Below are positions 1-11,455 of a DNA stretch of 64,000 bases, one piece after another. The notes beneath the pieces were generated by a model. The model had not been told where the DNA came from and ran no database searches. It saw only the letters and a list, made by a program, of their open reading frames with translations. A program made the position numbers and the translations under genes. Source of the stretch: Epiperipatus broadwayi (lineage: Eukaryota; Animalia; Onychophora); assembly GCA_028023455.1 (NCBI GenBank), contig JAQFVV010000009.1, positions 9,982,001-10,046,000 of the forward strand. Reading direction: 5' to 3'. Within the stretch, counting starts at the first letter, position 1. Each line of letters opens with the position of its first letter.

Positions 1-689
1 AAATGTATTTTATATATAATAAAATTGTCAATTAACTATTGAAACTCTGAATATAAAATATGATTAATAACATTAATAATGTTTTTTTTTATTAAATACA
101 TAAATAATTTTAACTATACGTCTGTAGTTAAGTTTTCATTTATTCGATGCCCATTATACATATTTCCTCGATTATATATGTTAATTAATATTCGTTTGAT
201 TGTTGGCCAACTCGGAAACAAAACCATGAATCTCGTGCATCTCCCTGACCACCGTGCCTAAAGAAGTGTTTACTTATGTCACATCAGAGGCGTTATTCCG
301 TAGATTGTATTGTGGAACCGATAAACTATGTTCGAACTCGGTACCACGGGTGGCTTCGCTACTCGATGGTGCTGCTGTTCTGTGTAGTGGTCGAATTCTG
401 CACTATGTTAACGAGATACACGTGTTTTGACTGTTACACTATGGTTATCTAAAATCTCACTTTTTAAGATGTTTTTAACAAACTGGTAATGTATATTGTA
501 TTATCTTGAAAAAATGGTTCTTTAAATTGTTTACAGAATGATATAGTCAAAAATTATCTGCACTCCCATTGTAGTTTTGAATGTTAGGTCAATTCAAATG
601 TGACTGATATGTGAGAAATGATGGTTGCCCCACATTCAATGATTAATTTTTTTGTGGTCTGACTTTGTGTATAATATGGAGAAATTATT

Positions 690-1295
690 TTGCCACAAAG
701 TGTGTAAATGGCAGAATATAGAATGGAAACATCCTCGACTACTAACAAAAAAAAAACCTTCAAAAATCAACCCATCAACTGGAAAATTGATGCTTAGTTT
801 TCTGGGATTCTTAAGGACTAGTATTAGAACATTATTAGGAAAAGATTCAATAATCAGTAGTGCTCTTTACAATAAATGATCACTGAAGAGCTGAAGCCTA
901 AAATGTGAACAAACTGCAGATGACTGTTATTCAAGGGCATTGTGAAGGACATCATACATTCGCACATTACTGCACACCCTATTGATATTCTGTAAAAACT
1001 TACATTTTGTGGTGTTGGTAAAGTCCTGATCTTGCCCCAACCAGATTATCACCTTTTTGATCCCTAAAAGAAGCTTTATGGGGATGAAGATTCATGTCTG
1101 ATGAAGAAGAAAGACACCAGTGCATTCGTGACTCATAACTCAGCCTAAAATATTTTTTTAATGAGAGAATAGAAAAGCTTATTAATAAATGGACAATTTA
1201 TTAAAAAGCAGGGATATTATGCCAAAAAATGATGCATGACTTTTCTGAAAGTTGATCTACAACCAGAGTGCAGATAATTTGACTTATCCTCCTTT
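690..1295 (+). mobile_element. Decayed mariner (Tc1/mariner) transposase remnant, 3' half, with probable right TIR
   Basis: Translations across frameshifts give EWKHP...STGKLML (ORF 652-879) and SPDLAPxDYHLF..KEAL..RFMSDEE (about 1020-1110). These match the mariner (YSPDLAPxDY) motif region. The reading ends near 1230, followed by a TIR-like end. Boundaries approximate. Confidence 0.75.
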
Positions 1296-1605
1296 ATGTA
1301 CATGTAAACATCATTCACATTTTTTAAAAACAGTACATAAATGATTTACATATTCTGTATAAGTATCAGCATAAATAAGTATTCAGTTTTTTATGTTTAA
1401 GCTTTAAAGCACTTGAAAACTTTCTGGTTTTGAATGAAATATACATATGCATTGTCAAGAGTTGATTAATAAACTTTAAAAACATTGTGTGGTAAATCTG
1501 ATTTAATATTATACACATTAAATGGAAGGATTAATCAACATATTTATTGAGTTTATTAAAATCAGAACTAAGTCATTTATTTAATAATATTTATCATGAA
1601 AAAAT

Positions 1606-2076
1606 AGGCAAAACTCTCTCCATACAGTAGTGCCACTCAAAGCAAGACAGAGTAATTAATGGATGCCAGAAGGCTTGTGCGTAAAATCCCTATCTAGTGC
1701 CTACTCATCCACTATCCCCAGACAAGTTTCTGGCTTGTAGCCTTCGTCAGTAAGGAGCCTTGGATTTGATAGCATTGCACCTAGATCTTAAGATCTAATG
1801 CAACCCTCCAGCAGCCACCTTTTATCTCTACATAACTATAGAACTATGAGAATAAAATTGAAAACATACAAATACTTTCAATCTAAGCTCAATAGCTAAT
1901 GCCTAATAGGAAGGTGGCTGTGATTATAAAAGAACCAAAGACATTAAAATGTATAGGTGCTGAACTGAATTCAGACCCATATGACTATATAAAGCTATTG
2001 AGCTTAGATTGAAAATATTTGTTGTGTGTTTTCAATTTTATTCTCATAGTTTTGTAGTTATGTAGAGATAAAAGGT
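1606..2076. repeat. Family A fold-back element, copy 1 (long antisense arm 1606-1897, short sense arm 1993-2076)
   Basis: 1817-1897 is the reverse complement of 1993-2076. 1606-1870 aligns with 57490-57770 and 63740-64000. Confidence 0.9.
1715..1756 (-). ncRNA. Minimal type-I hammerhead ribozyme motif (family A)
   Basis: Minus strand reads UCCUUA-CUGACGA-A-GGCU-ACA-AGCC-A-GAAA-CUUG-UC^UGGGGA. The full catalytic core, 6-bp stem I, 4-bp stem II and GUC cleavage triplet are present. Confidence 0.75.
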
Positions 2077-3838
2077 AATATTGTATTATCCAGGACTCGC
2101 AAAACAGAAACTGATAACTGTAGGAGCACTAAATCAAAGCTGCACAATGGAAAGGCCAATACTTAAACAAGATATGGAAATTCCTTTACAATGTAACAGT
2201 CAGAATCGTCTATCTCGCTAACACACTGCAGAATTCAAACCCCAGACACGAAACTGAACATTCTAGGAGGGGTTGCCTTCTAGATATACTAAGTTCGAAT
2301 CTAAAGCCCAAATTTCACAGCGCCATCTACGTGACAACGCATCTGATGCCACTACTAGTTTGACCTTTGACCGGTGCCTGGTGGTCAGGGAGAAACAAAA
2401 GACTATACTAAAAGAAGTTTGGGTGGCTAATTAACGTCTATGGATTTACAAAAGAAATGCAGAAAATATATATACAGACCGAGACAGTGATAGGAATCAA
2501 ATAAAATAAGAGATCAAATTTAGTTTTAAATAATTTAACAAAATTTATTCATATAAATTATATATATAACGCCACTGTCTGCTTATATGAGACAGGGACG
2601 CGTATTAAATAATTGTTGGCATTATATTCCCACAACTGACAAAAAAAACTTTAAAACAAAGTGATATATTCTATTCCTCGGGTTAATAGCATTACGATAA
2701 TGAGCTTGACGAGATAGGAACATGTGCGAGGTGCTTTGAGTAATTATACAAGTTTAAGAAAATATTTGAACATTATGTGTTCTAAAATATTTATTGATTT
2801 CGAGAATAGCTCGGACAAAAGCTTACTAAGCATCAAAGTGGGAATGTGATCAAAGCATTTATTTGAGAATAATAATAGAGTTGCATTGGGAGGTCAGTAT
2901 TGCTGATAATGAATTTATTAAAGTTGGAGGGTGTGACACGTTTAAGTCATGGATGCTTTGTAAAATAAATATAAAATAAAACAATATTGAATATCTGGAA
3001 TGATTACGGAGGGCATATCACCGCTAACCCATAGGAAAGTATTTTATGAACAGTCGAAACTTAGCGACTGGGTGACGATTGCATTTAATTCCCAGGTGTG
3101 TCATTTGGGGACACACTCTGCCTGGAAACTGCAATAAGCGAAGAATCCTTGGAAAATTAAAACAAAGCGGTCTCAACAACCAATTCATTTACCAGCAATA
3201 CGAGACTAGTGTATATAAAACATACTGAATGGGTTTTACTTGGATTAAGAGAAATGCCCAATCAAATTCCCCGAAATTCATTTAAAAGGGTCTGCACATT
3301 CTCGACGTCAATGATGAACTTTGTAATTAAAGTAGAACATGGTAATTAAAATAAGAAAATGCATGCTTGCGGGTTTGAAAAGTAAGTATAGATTTATATA
3401 CGCAATCATGCATTTGGGGACACATTTAAATCATTGACCTCGCACATACTCTCATAGTAGATTAAAATCAATAACATGTAGATTTTAAACTATGTGATTA
3501 TATTATATATTAAAGAAAAGAATCGCCCTCGAACGAGTGATTTGCAAGATAATAAAAATTGGAAATTATTTAGAAATTTAAAATATGCCTTTATAGCGGC
3601 GTCTTAGTTTCAACAAAAAGAATAATTCACTCGGTCAAAGACGATTCTGACACATTATCATAATAAAATAACAGAAAGCTTAATAAATAGAAAATATTAA
3701 CCCAAGGATAGAGAGCAAAATGTTGAGTATATTTAAACACGTTAAAGAAATACATAATGAAGTTATGTGAAATATCAGAAAACAATTTAAAATAGCTATA
3801 GCATGTTAGTTATCACAAGAGCTCTTGGGTTAATTTAG

Positions 3839-4069
3839 GGTTACCTCTGGAGAAGCATTTTAGGTAGATTGATGGTCGGCAGGTTTTTATATAATTTAAC
3901 AGCAAAATCTGGAAATGTTCATATTTTTGGCAGCAGCAGCAGTTCCGGGGTTCCTTGTGTGATAACTTCCGATGGTCTACGGCAGCATATGACCATTTCG
4001 GAGAGAAATAGCCTTCTTGCACTCTACTCTGTCATGTCAAGATTTACAAATTACTACAATAATTTTGGT
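3839..4069 (+). CDS. Candidate coding exon of an unidentified gene (GYLWRSILGRLMVGRFLYNL...YYNNF)
   Basis: 77 open codons in a locally GC-richer patch, bounded by tttag| and |gttaga. No homolog recognised. Confidence 0.25.
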
Positions 4070-6126
4070 TAGACACATTAGACCTCAGAATGATTTCTCT
4101 TAGAAACATTAGAAGAATGGAGAATAAAAGAAAAACCTCCTTTTTATAGTAGAATTTAACAATAGAATTGCCCTGGAGCATTACAAAAATATATCAGACT
4201 TATCAGCTGTAATCATCTGAATGTCTAAAGGAATTCAACATTAATTAATTTCTTTTGTTACTTTCTCTGTCAACATTCGAATTACAAACTAGATTTAATT
4301 AAAAATTACTTTTATTAATTAAAGAAAACCTTAAGTGGACATCTGCTGTTTTTAGATAAACTTATATAACGTTAACTAATTACAACATGAAATAATTAAA
4401 CTATTGTCCCTCATTTATTTTAACAGAAATATTTGGAATAACTTTTATTAAATTAAAGAAAATGATTTTACTTTTTAAATTGCAATATTTGAATCTATTT
4501 ACTAAACGAATATTTACTAAATGAATTTTATTTTAAATCAAAATATATTACGACGGTAATATATTTGTAAATAGATTCAAACAAAATAACTTTAACAATT
4601 TATAATTTTGATATGTTTTAAAATGCATATCATAGTGTGTGCGCAATTACGACTTATATAACCTACTTTTTAATAAATCAAAATTATGTGAACATACATA
4701 ATCTATAATCTTTTATTTTATTTGGGAATGAGTTATATATATATAATACGAGCATTGTGCTCGTGGTTTAAAATTAGGCGGGATTTTCAGTATATAAGCA
4801 TATTGCAGACACACTACGATAGATTGGGGTTCAAACTAAGGTATGAGGGTAGGAAATAGGTGAGAGAAGGTGAAACGAAGATCTGCAAAGCAGACCTTAC
4901 TGTTTCAGCAATGTGGTTAAAGTTTACATAATAAACATGCAAAGATATATAATAATTGATATATTTATATATAATAGGTATACATATTGCATCTAAAATG
5001 TTTGAGACTGTACTGATAAATGTCCTATCTGAAATGAATAAAGAAATTTATTATAATAAATTTTCTTTGAGTAATATATTTATTTGGAAATGCAAAAATT
5101 TATTGACTTCCCCTCTCAGTGACTGTTCTGAGACTTTTTTAGTATTACAATATGGAAGTCAGTACCAATGAACATGTTCGTATATATAAAAAAGAACAAA
5201 ATCTATAAAATTTCTATTGAGAAAATTGTAGCCTAACACTATGTTAAACCATGTATTTTGAATTTTTGCAACATAGTAACTTAAAAATGAATTTTTATCT
5301 TTAGATCACAAAGATATACAATAATTGCAGATTTAAAATTATTTATTGATAATTACAATCCCGTTTACTTACTCCAGAAGTTCATCAACAAATGATGAAC
5401 AGTGACATCAATTACATCCTTCGATGGATATTAAATAGTTTCATATAAATTTCAGCTATACAATCTTACTTTACCAGATATTCTATAACTTCTCTTTGAT
5501 TCATATGAAAATGTTAAGAGTTCCCATGGTTGAGTTAGCTATCAACTAGCAACAAATCACTCTGATCCTGAACTTACATGTGATAAAGCAAGAGCAGTTC
5601 TCTACTTTAATATTTTCTAATAATCTTGAATAATCAGTGATTACTAGACAATAGGACATTCAAACTCCAATTTTGCTATTTAAGACTTTTAGCTTGATAA
5701 ATAAAATGAAGTTAAAGATGGTTACTAGATGCATAACTGCATTATTTTTAATTCAAACTTCATTGATAAATACGAAAGCCAGAAATTAGTTAGAAATGAG
5801 AATTTAAATGCATCACTATCTGGTAATCACTATGTAGTTAAGCTTAACATAGATAGCACTAGAGTTGAGAATTCATTTTGTTTTATTATATTTCTAAGAA
5901 TATATATTAAAATTGTTTCCTGTTTTCTTTATCAAGTGTAAAATGTGTAAAAAACTTATTAGTAACTTGACTTATATAAGCAATAAAATTTATTACACCA
6001 AATTCATATATCTGTTTTCAGCAATTCTCTAAATATAAGTAGTCCTGTATTCTTTAACTATGTCAAGGTAAAAGAATAATCTATAAATATGATTTATGTA
6101 TATAAGATTGAAAATAAACCATGAAC

Positions 6127-6309
6127 TCAGCATCCATATATATGTAACACATCTTTTACCAGTAGTAAACTTTGTACCATATTATAGTAATATTTTTGCA
6201 TTATAATTAGTACATCAACATGTACTGAATCAGCTAAACTTTGTTGGGACACTCCAGATAAAAATAATGAAATGTCCATTAAAGGATCAATATTAAATGG
6301 GTCAGTTAC
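6127..6309 (-). CDS. Candidate coding exon (VTDPFNIDPLMDISLFLSGVSQQSLADSVHVDVL...)
   Basis: Strong acceptor (aattttttcag|G). Open for 60 codons to TGA, with possible internal donors at 6177 and 6159. Product not recognised. Confidence 0.35.
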   Translation of the reverse strand, partial: VTDPFNIDPLMDISLFLSGVSQQSLADSVHVDVLIIMQKYYYNMVQSLLLVKDVLHIYGC

Positions 6310-6344
6310 CTGAAAAAATTGTAAACCTGATTGGAAAATTCTTA

Positions 6345-6420
6345 GTTGAGAAAAAATCCCAAACTCTACCTGGATTTGAATCTCAGGTTATGAACAGGAT
6401 CATGAATGTACAAATTACAG
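6345..6420 (-). mobile_element. Degenerate tRNA-derived SINE fragment (similar fragment at about 49490-49540)
   Basis: Minus strand has the B-box-like GAGATTCAAATCCAGG followed by TAGAGTTTGGGATTTTTTC. Near 49.5 kb the related GGGTTCAAATCTACTTTGAGTTTGGAAATTTTTCC occurs. Confidence 0.35.
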
Positions 6421-7149
6421 CCTAAGAAGTCTTACATATGTATAAACTATTCTCAATATTTTCTCACTGATATCACTTCAATTTTAGAGTGTATTGTACA
6501 TGATTCAATGTACAATTCAATAAAATGATTTGTATGTACAACATCAATATTTCTAATATAGATGGCATACTAATTTTTCTAAAAAGAGTGCTAAAATTTA
6601 GAGCACTATAAAAGTTTAGTTCTGATAAAACATTTGATTCTCTGATGCTTATGAAAGATTAGAAATATATACTTATCAAATATTTGATGTCCCAATGATA
6701 AGAATTTCATACTTTTATTCTTTTTATTAATTTTCATTTAAATCATTTTGTATGAAATATATATTCCAAAAGAGTACAATATATATATAAAGAGAGGGGG
6801 TGGGGGAAAATAACTAATTAAAAAATATATCTAATGACCTGGTTAATTGGATTGTAAATAATACTCAAACATATACTAAAAAGTTAATCTAAATTTATAC
6901 ATATTGATTTTTATATTATAAATAAAATATCTATACATTAAAAATAAATATTAATAATCTGAATTATATTTATGTAAAATTACACTAGAATATAGGCCAA
7001 ATTCATAAAGTTAAAGTATACTCAAATAGTTTTAATTAACATTATATATCAGAAAAAATGTCAGTGAATAGTCGACAAATTAAATTAAAAAAACAATAAC
7101 ATATTTTCCATATATATGAATAAATTGGGAATTAGACTGCAGTCTATAT

Positions 7150-8325
7150 TGTAACGGGAATTAAGAGCTCTTTAATTAAACTTTTACAACTTGAACTTTT
7201 TAATTTTAAAACTTTCTAATTATTTATTCTAATTTCATAATATATTATTTTGCAAAAAGACCTTTTAAAAACCCGTTACCAAAGCAGAATAAATATGATT
7301 AATATGTACATATCAGTCATACCCCCAGTCAGACTGTGATTTAATAAAATATTAAACTGACAATCACCTTTCCAGATTGAAGTAACTCCCCAGCTGCATG
7401 AAACATCCCATGGGGAAATTTATAATGGGTTTAAAACCCAGGGCGCCATCCAATACTTAGATTGGAACCCATGAGAAGTTTCACATTTCATACAGCCAGG
7501 GAGTTACTTCGGTCTGAAAAGGTGACTGTCGGTTTAATATTTTAGTAAATCACAGTCTAGCTGATAGTATGATTGATATGTAAGTATTAATCATATTTAC
7601 TCTCCTAGGTTTTTAAAAATGTCTTTTTGCAAAATAATATATTATAAAATTAAAATAAATATTTAGAAAGTTTTAAAATTAAAAAGTTCAAGTTGTAAAA
7701 GTTTAATTAAGGAGCTCTTAATTTCCGTTACAAATGGTGCCCAACATGGGTCACCATTTGTAATGGGTATTAAGAACTCCTCAATTAAACTTTTACAACT
7801 TGAACTTTTTAATTTTTACAATTTTTAAAACTTTCTAATTATAATTTTTTTTAAAATAAATTTTTGTTTAAATTATTAATTTTGTTTTTTGTCTCTCTCC
7901 ATTCATAAGCAAAATGTGTAGACTCTCTCATGTGAAGAACTAGCCATGGGTCAAGCGCTTATGTTAGTGACATCTCATAGGTTCCAATCTAAGTATTGGA
8001 TGGCACCTTGGGTTTTAAACCCGTTATAAATGTCCCCAATGGGATGTTTCGTTTCATGCAGCCGTGGAGCTACTTCAGTCTGGAAAGATGACTGTCAGTT
8101 TAATATTTTATTAAATCGCAGTCAGACTGGAGATATGATTAATATGCAGTATGCAAGTATTAATCATATTTACTCTCGTGCTTAAGTAATGGGTTTTTAA
8201 AAATGTCTTTTTATAAAATATTTTATAAAAAAATAGAATACATAATTAGAAAGTTTTAAAAATTGTAAAAATTAAAAAGTTCAAGTTGTAAAAGTTTAAT
8301 TGAGGAATTCTTAATACCCATTACA
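7150..8325. repeat. Family B four-arm fold-back made of alternating inverted copies of an LTR-like end (..TTACA)
   Basis: Arm1 7150-~7480 (reverse), arm2 ~7485-7732 (forward), arm3 7759-~7850 (reverse), arm4 ~7975-8325 (forward). The arms are mutually complementary and all terminate in TGTAA/TTACA. Confidence 0.85.
7735..7752 (+). other. tRNA-Lys primer-binding-site-like sequence
   Basis: TGGTGCCCAACATGGGTC lies 2 nt after an LTR-like ..GTTACA end. It matches the Lys(CUU) PBS TGGCGCCCAACGTGGGGC at 15/18; two of the differences are CpG-type transitions. Confidence 0.6.
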
Positions 8326-9341
8326 AAATATCCAAATAAAATGAATTCAATTAAAAAAATATTTATAAAGAAATAATTGTTAATTCAAACTATTCAAATG
8401 GTTTCTAATGAAGGTTTAACAAGAGATATAGAAGTCTCTGAGACAATAGACTACAGACATCTAGGTCATTGATTTTAAGTAAAAGTTGTAAGAGTGAGCA
8501 ATCAAAATCAATGGAAACTTATAAAAAATAAATGGTGGTTTATAGGCTCATTTCTTAACTGTTTTATTTTTAACTTAGTAATAGACTTTAACTTTGACAA
8601 GTAATATTCTTAAACAATAAACACTATATTGATTTTTAAGAGTTAGATAGAAACCTAAACTAGTATAGACAATACTTGTTATTTTTAATAGTTCATCAAA
8701 GTTCCTTTTGGGTTTAAAACCAAATTTTTAACTAAAAAGTAAATAAGAGTTTGTATTTTAATGCATACACACAGTTTTAATTATAAAATATAAAGATTTT
8801 CTATTTAATATTAACTATTTATTATAGTTTATTAATAATAAGTGACTATAATTATAATTTGAAAAATTGAAATAACAAATTAAAATGAAATATGTGCCCT
8901 GTGCAAAGAATGACCATAAAAAAAAAAATCATTTGATTTGGTAAACTATCCTTAAAAAAAAAATGAAAAGTTAATTTAAATTTAGATTTAAAAAATATAT
9001 ATATAGCAGTTACAAAAATGGTATTATGCACAGAGATCCTTTTAAGACTAAAACAAAATAATGAATAAATATAAGAAAAAAATATTCCAATTTCAGATAT
9101 CTGAACTACGTTATCTGAATTTGGACAATTAAATCATATTCACTATATCAGCAATCATATGATATCATTTCTAATATAGTTCTGCACTCTCCAAGTCTTT
9201 TTTGAACAATTAATGCTTTGATAAACCAAGATTCTGTAAAATTCAACAATGTTTTCAAGTTGTTCTATTTTAGGCATCTTTATTCAAATTATATATGGAT
9301 GTGGACAAAAATAAACATTAGTAAAAGACAGTGGACCTTAC

Positions 9342-9542
9342 TCTACTAATGTAGGTCCATTTAACCTTGAATCCATTATTTCTATTACAATCAGTTCTGC
9401 CAACTTGCTACTTTGAGTAATTTCTCCATTGTGTGCGCTATTCTTCCATTCCAAAACTGTGCTCAAAATTGCACTTCTAAATAATTTATCATTCATAGCT
9501 CCTTTAGGGTCTATTTTCAATCTCATCGATTTTACCTTCAAT
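9342..9542 (-). CDS. Candidate internal coding exon, phase 2-2 (LKVKSMRLKIDPKGAMNDKLFRSAILSTVLEWK...GPTLVE)
   Basis: 201 nt, open frame (ORF 9338-9568), acceptor catcttcacctag| and donor |gtaagg. Product not recognised. Confidence 0.45.
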
Positions 9543-9629
9543 CTAGGTGAAGATGTTAATGTAACCATTAATTTATTGAAGTATAATAACTATATCTTTC
9601 TTATTGCATTGCTAATTCCATATAACACA

Positions 9630-9762
9630 ATATTAAATCATCTATGCTCTCTCTTTATTACTGTTTTACAATGCTTTAATTTCTGGGGCAATTGAAATTG
9701 TCATAAAAGGTTGTAATTAAAGCATTGTAAAACAGTAATAAAAAGCATAGATGATTTAATAT
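9630..9762. repeat. Short inverted repeat (about 50-bp arms, 33-nt loop)
   Basis: 9630-9681 is the reverse complement of 9715-9762 apart from a small indel. Confidence 0.85.
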
Positions 9763-11106
9763 TATATTACATTAATTTATTGATGTCCATTTTACATCTC
9801 TTATTATTTAAATACAAGTACAATATATATACTTAAACTTAATGTAATTAAAGGAGATTCCATTTTGAACATTTCTTTGAATATCTACATCCACATATTC
9901 CTATAACAGATGATTTTGAATCTTCCTGTATTTCCAAAAATTGCTTAAAATAAGAAGAGATAAAGCTTTTATAAAAATATATTTAATATATTGTATTAAC
10001 TTGTAATTGAAGATAAAATAATAAATTATTAGCAAAAAGTGTAAACAGTACTCATGTTGAGTATTCTGTTTGTATATTTCCAGGCATAAAATGGCTTCAA
10101 CAATATTATTATATCACTTAGCTTTGTTAAACTTTAAAGGCATAATTTTAAATATAAAAGGCAACTATGGGCTCAGCATCTGTAACCTCACCAGTAATGA
10201 AAGCTGCATCATATTACAATCATATTTTTTATTTTTATATTTAGCAAATTAGCATTCATTTGACTAACCAGATTCATCTGGATTTTTAATCTTATAAGGC
10301 TAGATAGGCATGAAAACAGTTGAGATTCACATTGTGAAGACACCAGACCATAGGCATAAAAAATGAATGTGTAACTGGTATCATGAAGTCTTTCCTTTTG
10401 AAAGAATTTCTCTTTTATCTTATTCATTATTTTTGTTTAACTTTTATCTGAAAAGATTTAATATTTTCATCAAAGATATAAAGTATATACTATAGTTGAA
10501 GATAAGACTAAATTGTTCTACTGATACTTTGTTTTTGTAAATGCCTAAATCAGATTTAGTGTTTTAATCTTTGAGTTTTATAATTGGTTATCTAAGTATC
10601 AAATCAAATTGTAGACCAACTTAGATATAAATTATAAAGACTTGATTTCAATGTTAGTTTTTTTTTTTAAATATATACAGTACTATATATAAATTAATAA
10701 TTATAAAGTCTTATTTATAAAAATATTTTTAAAAACTGTTCATGTAATTCCTTATCTTAAATGTTCTTTTCCATCAGTTTTAACAACCAAAATATAAAAA
10801 TAGTGCCTTTCAAAATACTTGTAACATTTCTTTTATAAAGTGATTCTGTTGCTAGATAGTATCTCTAACTGTCATTATGTAAAGTGTAATTTAGAAAGAA
10901 AACAAAGAAGATTGTTTCAATAAATTCTTTCAATTTTTTTATTATATTGGAAGAAAAAAAAAGAGATGAGAAATGTAGAGGATTTTGGGAGGAAAAGCAA
11001 TTATAGAATAAATAAATAAAAAAATATAAATTGAGTGTATGTTCTTACCCAAAAACAAATATACAATAAGTACTACAATCATCTTATATAGTTTGATGCA
11101 GTAGTA

Positions 11107-11455
11107 CAGGGGTCCCCAACCTTTTTGGACTTAAGAGCACATTCTATAATACCAGCCAGGTGGCGGGCACCATTTATTTTTTCAATGTAAATTTATAGTT
11201 GGATATTGTTAATAAAATTTTTTATTTTAAAAATAAAATTTTAATATATAATTAATGTTTATATTTTTACGCTGTAAAAGTATAGTATGACCTACAATTT
11301 GATTACAATATAATACAATAATTTATAAGATATTTTAAAAATTAAATTTATTTATATCAGATAAATAATTTTTTATCGTGTTCGGATAGGGCGGGCACAT
11401 GTAAAATGGTCTGCGGGTGCCATGGTGCCCACGGGCATAGGGTTGGGGATCCCTG
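11107..11455. mobile_element. hAT (Buster/Charlie-type) MITE
   Basis: TIRs CAGGGGTCCCCAACC / GGTTGGGGATCCCTG. Perfect 8-bp TSD CAGTAGTA (nnnTAnnn) at 11099-11106 and 11456-11463. Confidence 0.92.

Noticed and set aside
250-425. GC-richer patch with GTTCGAAC as a tRNA gene or SINE
   Set aside because: No cloverleaf or convincing A box could be built.
1096-1125. CTGATGAAGAAGAAAG as a hammerhead
   Set aside because: It is mariner coding sequence (SDEE) with no stem II or stem I. Similar chance CTGANGA hits near 22085, 37343, 40768 and 52437 also lack stems.
7150-8325. CRISPR array or hammerhead in family B
   Set aside because: No regularly spaced short repeats with unique spacers, the context is eukaryotic, and no CUGANGA/GAAA core was found on either strand.
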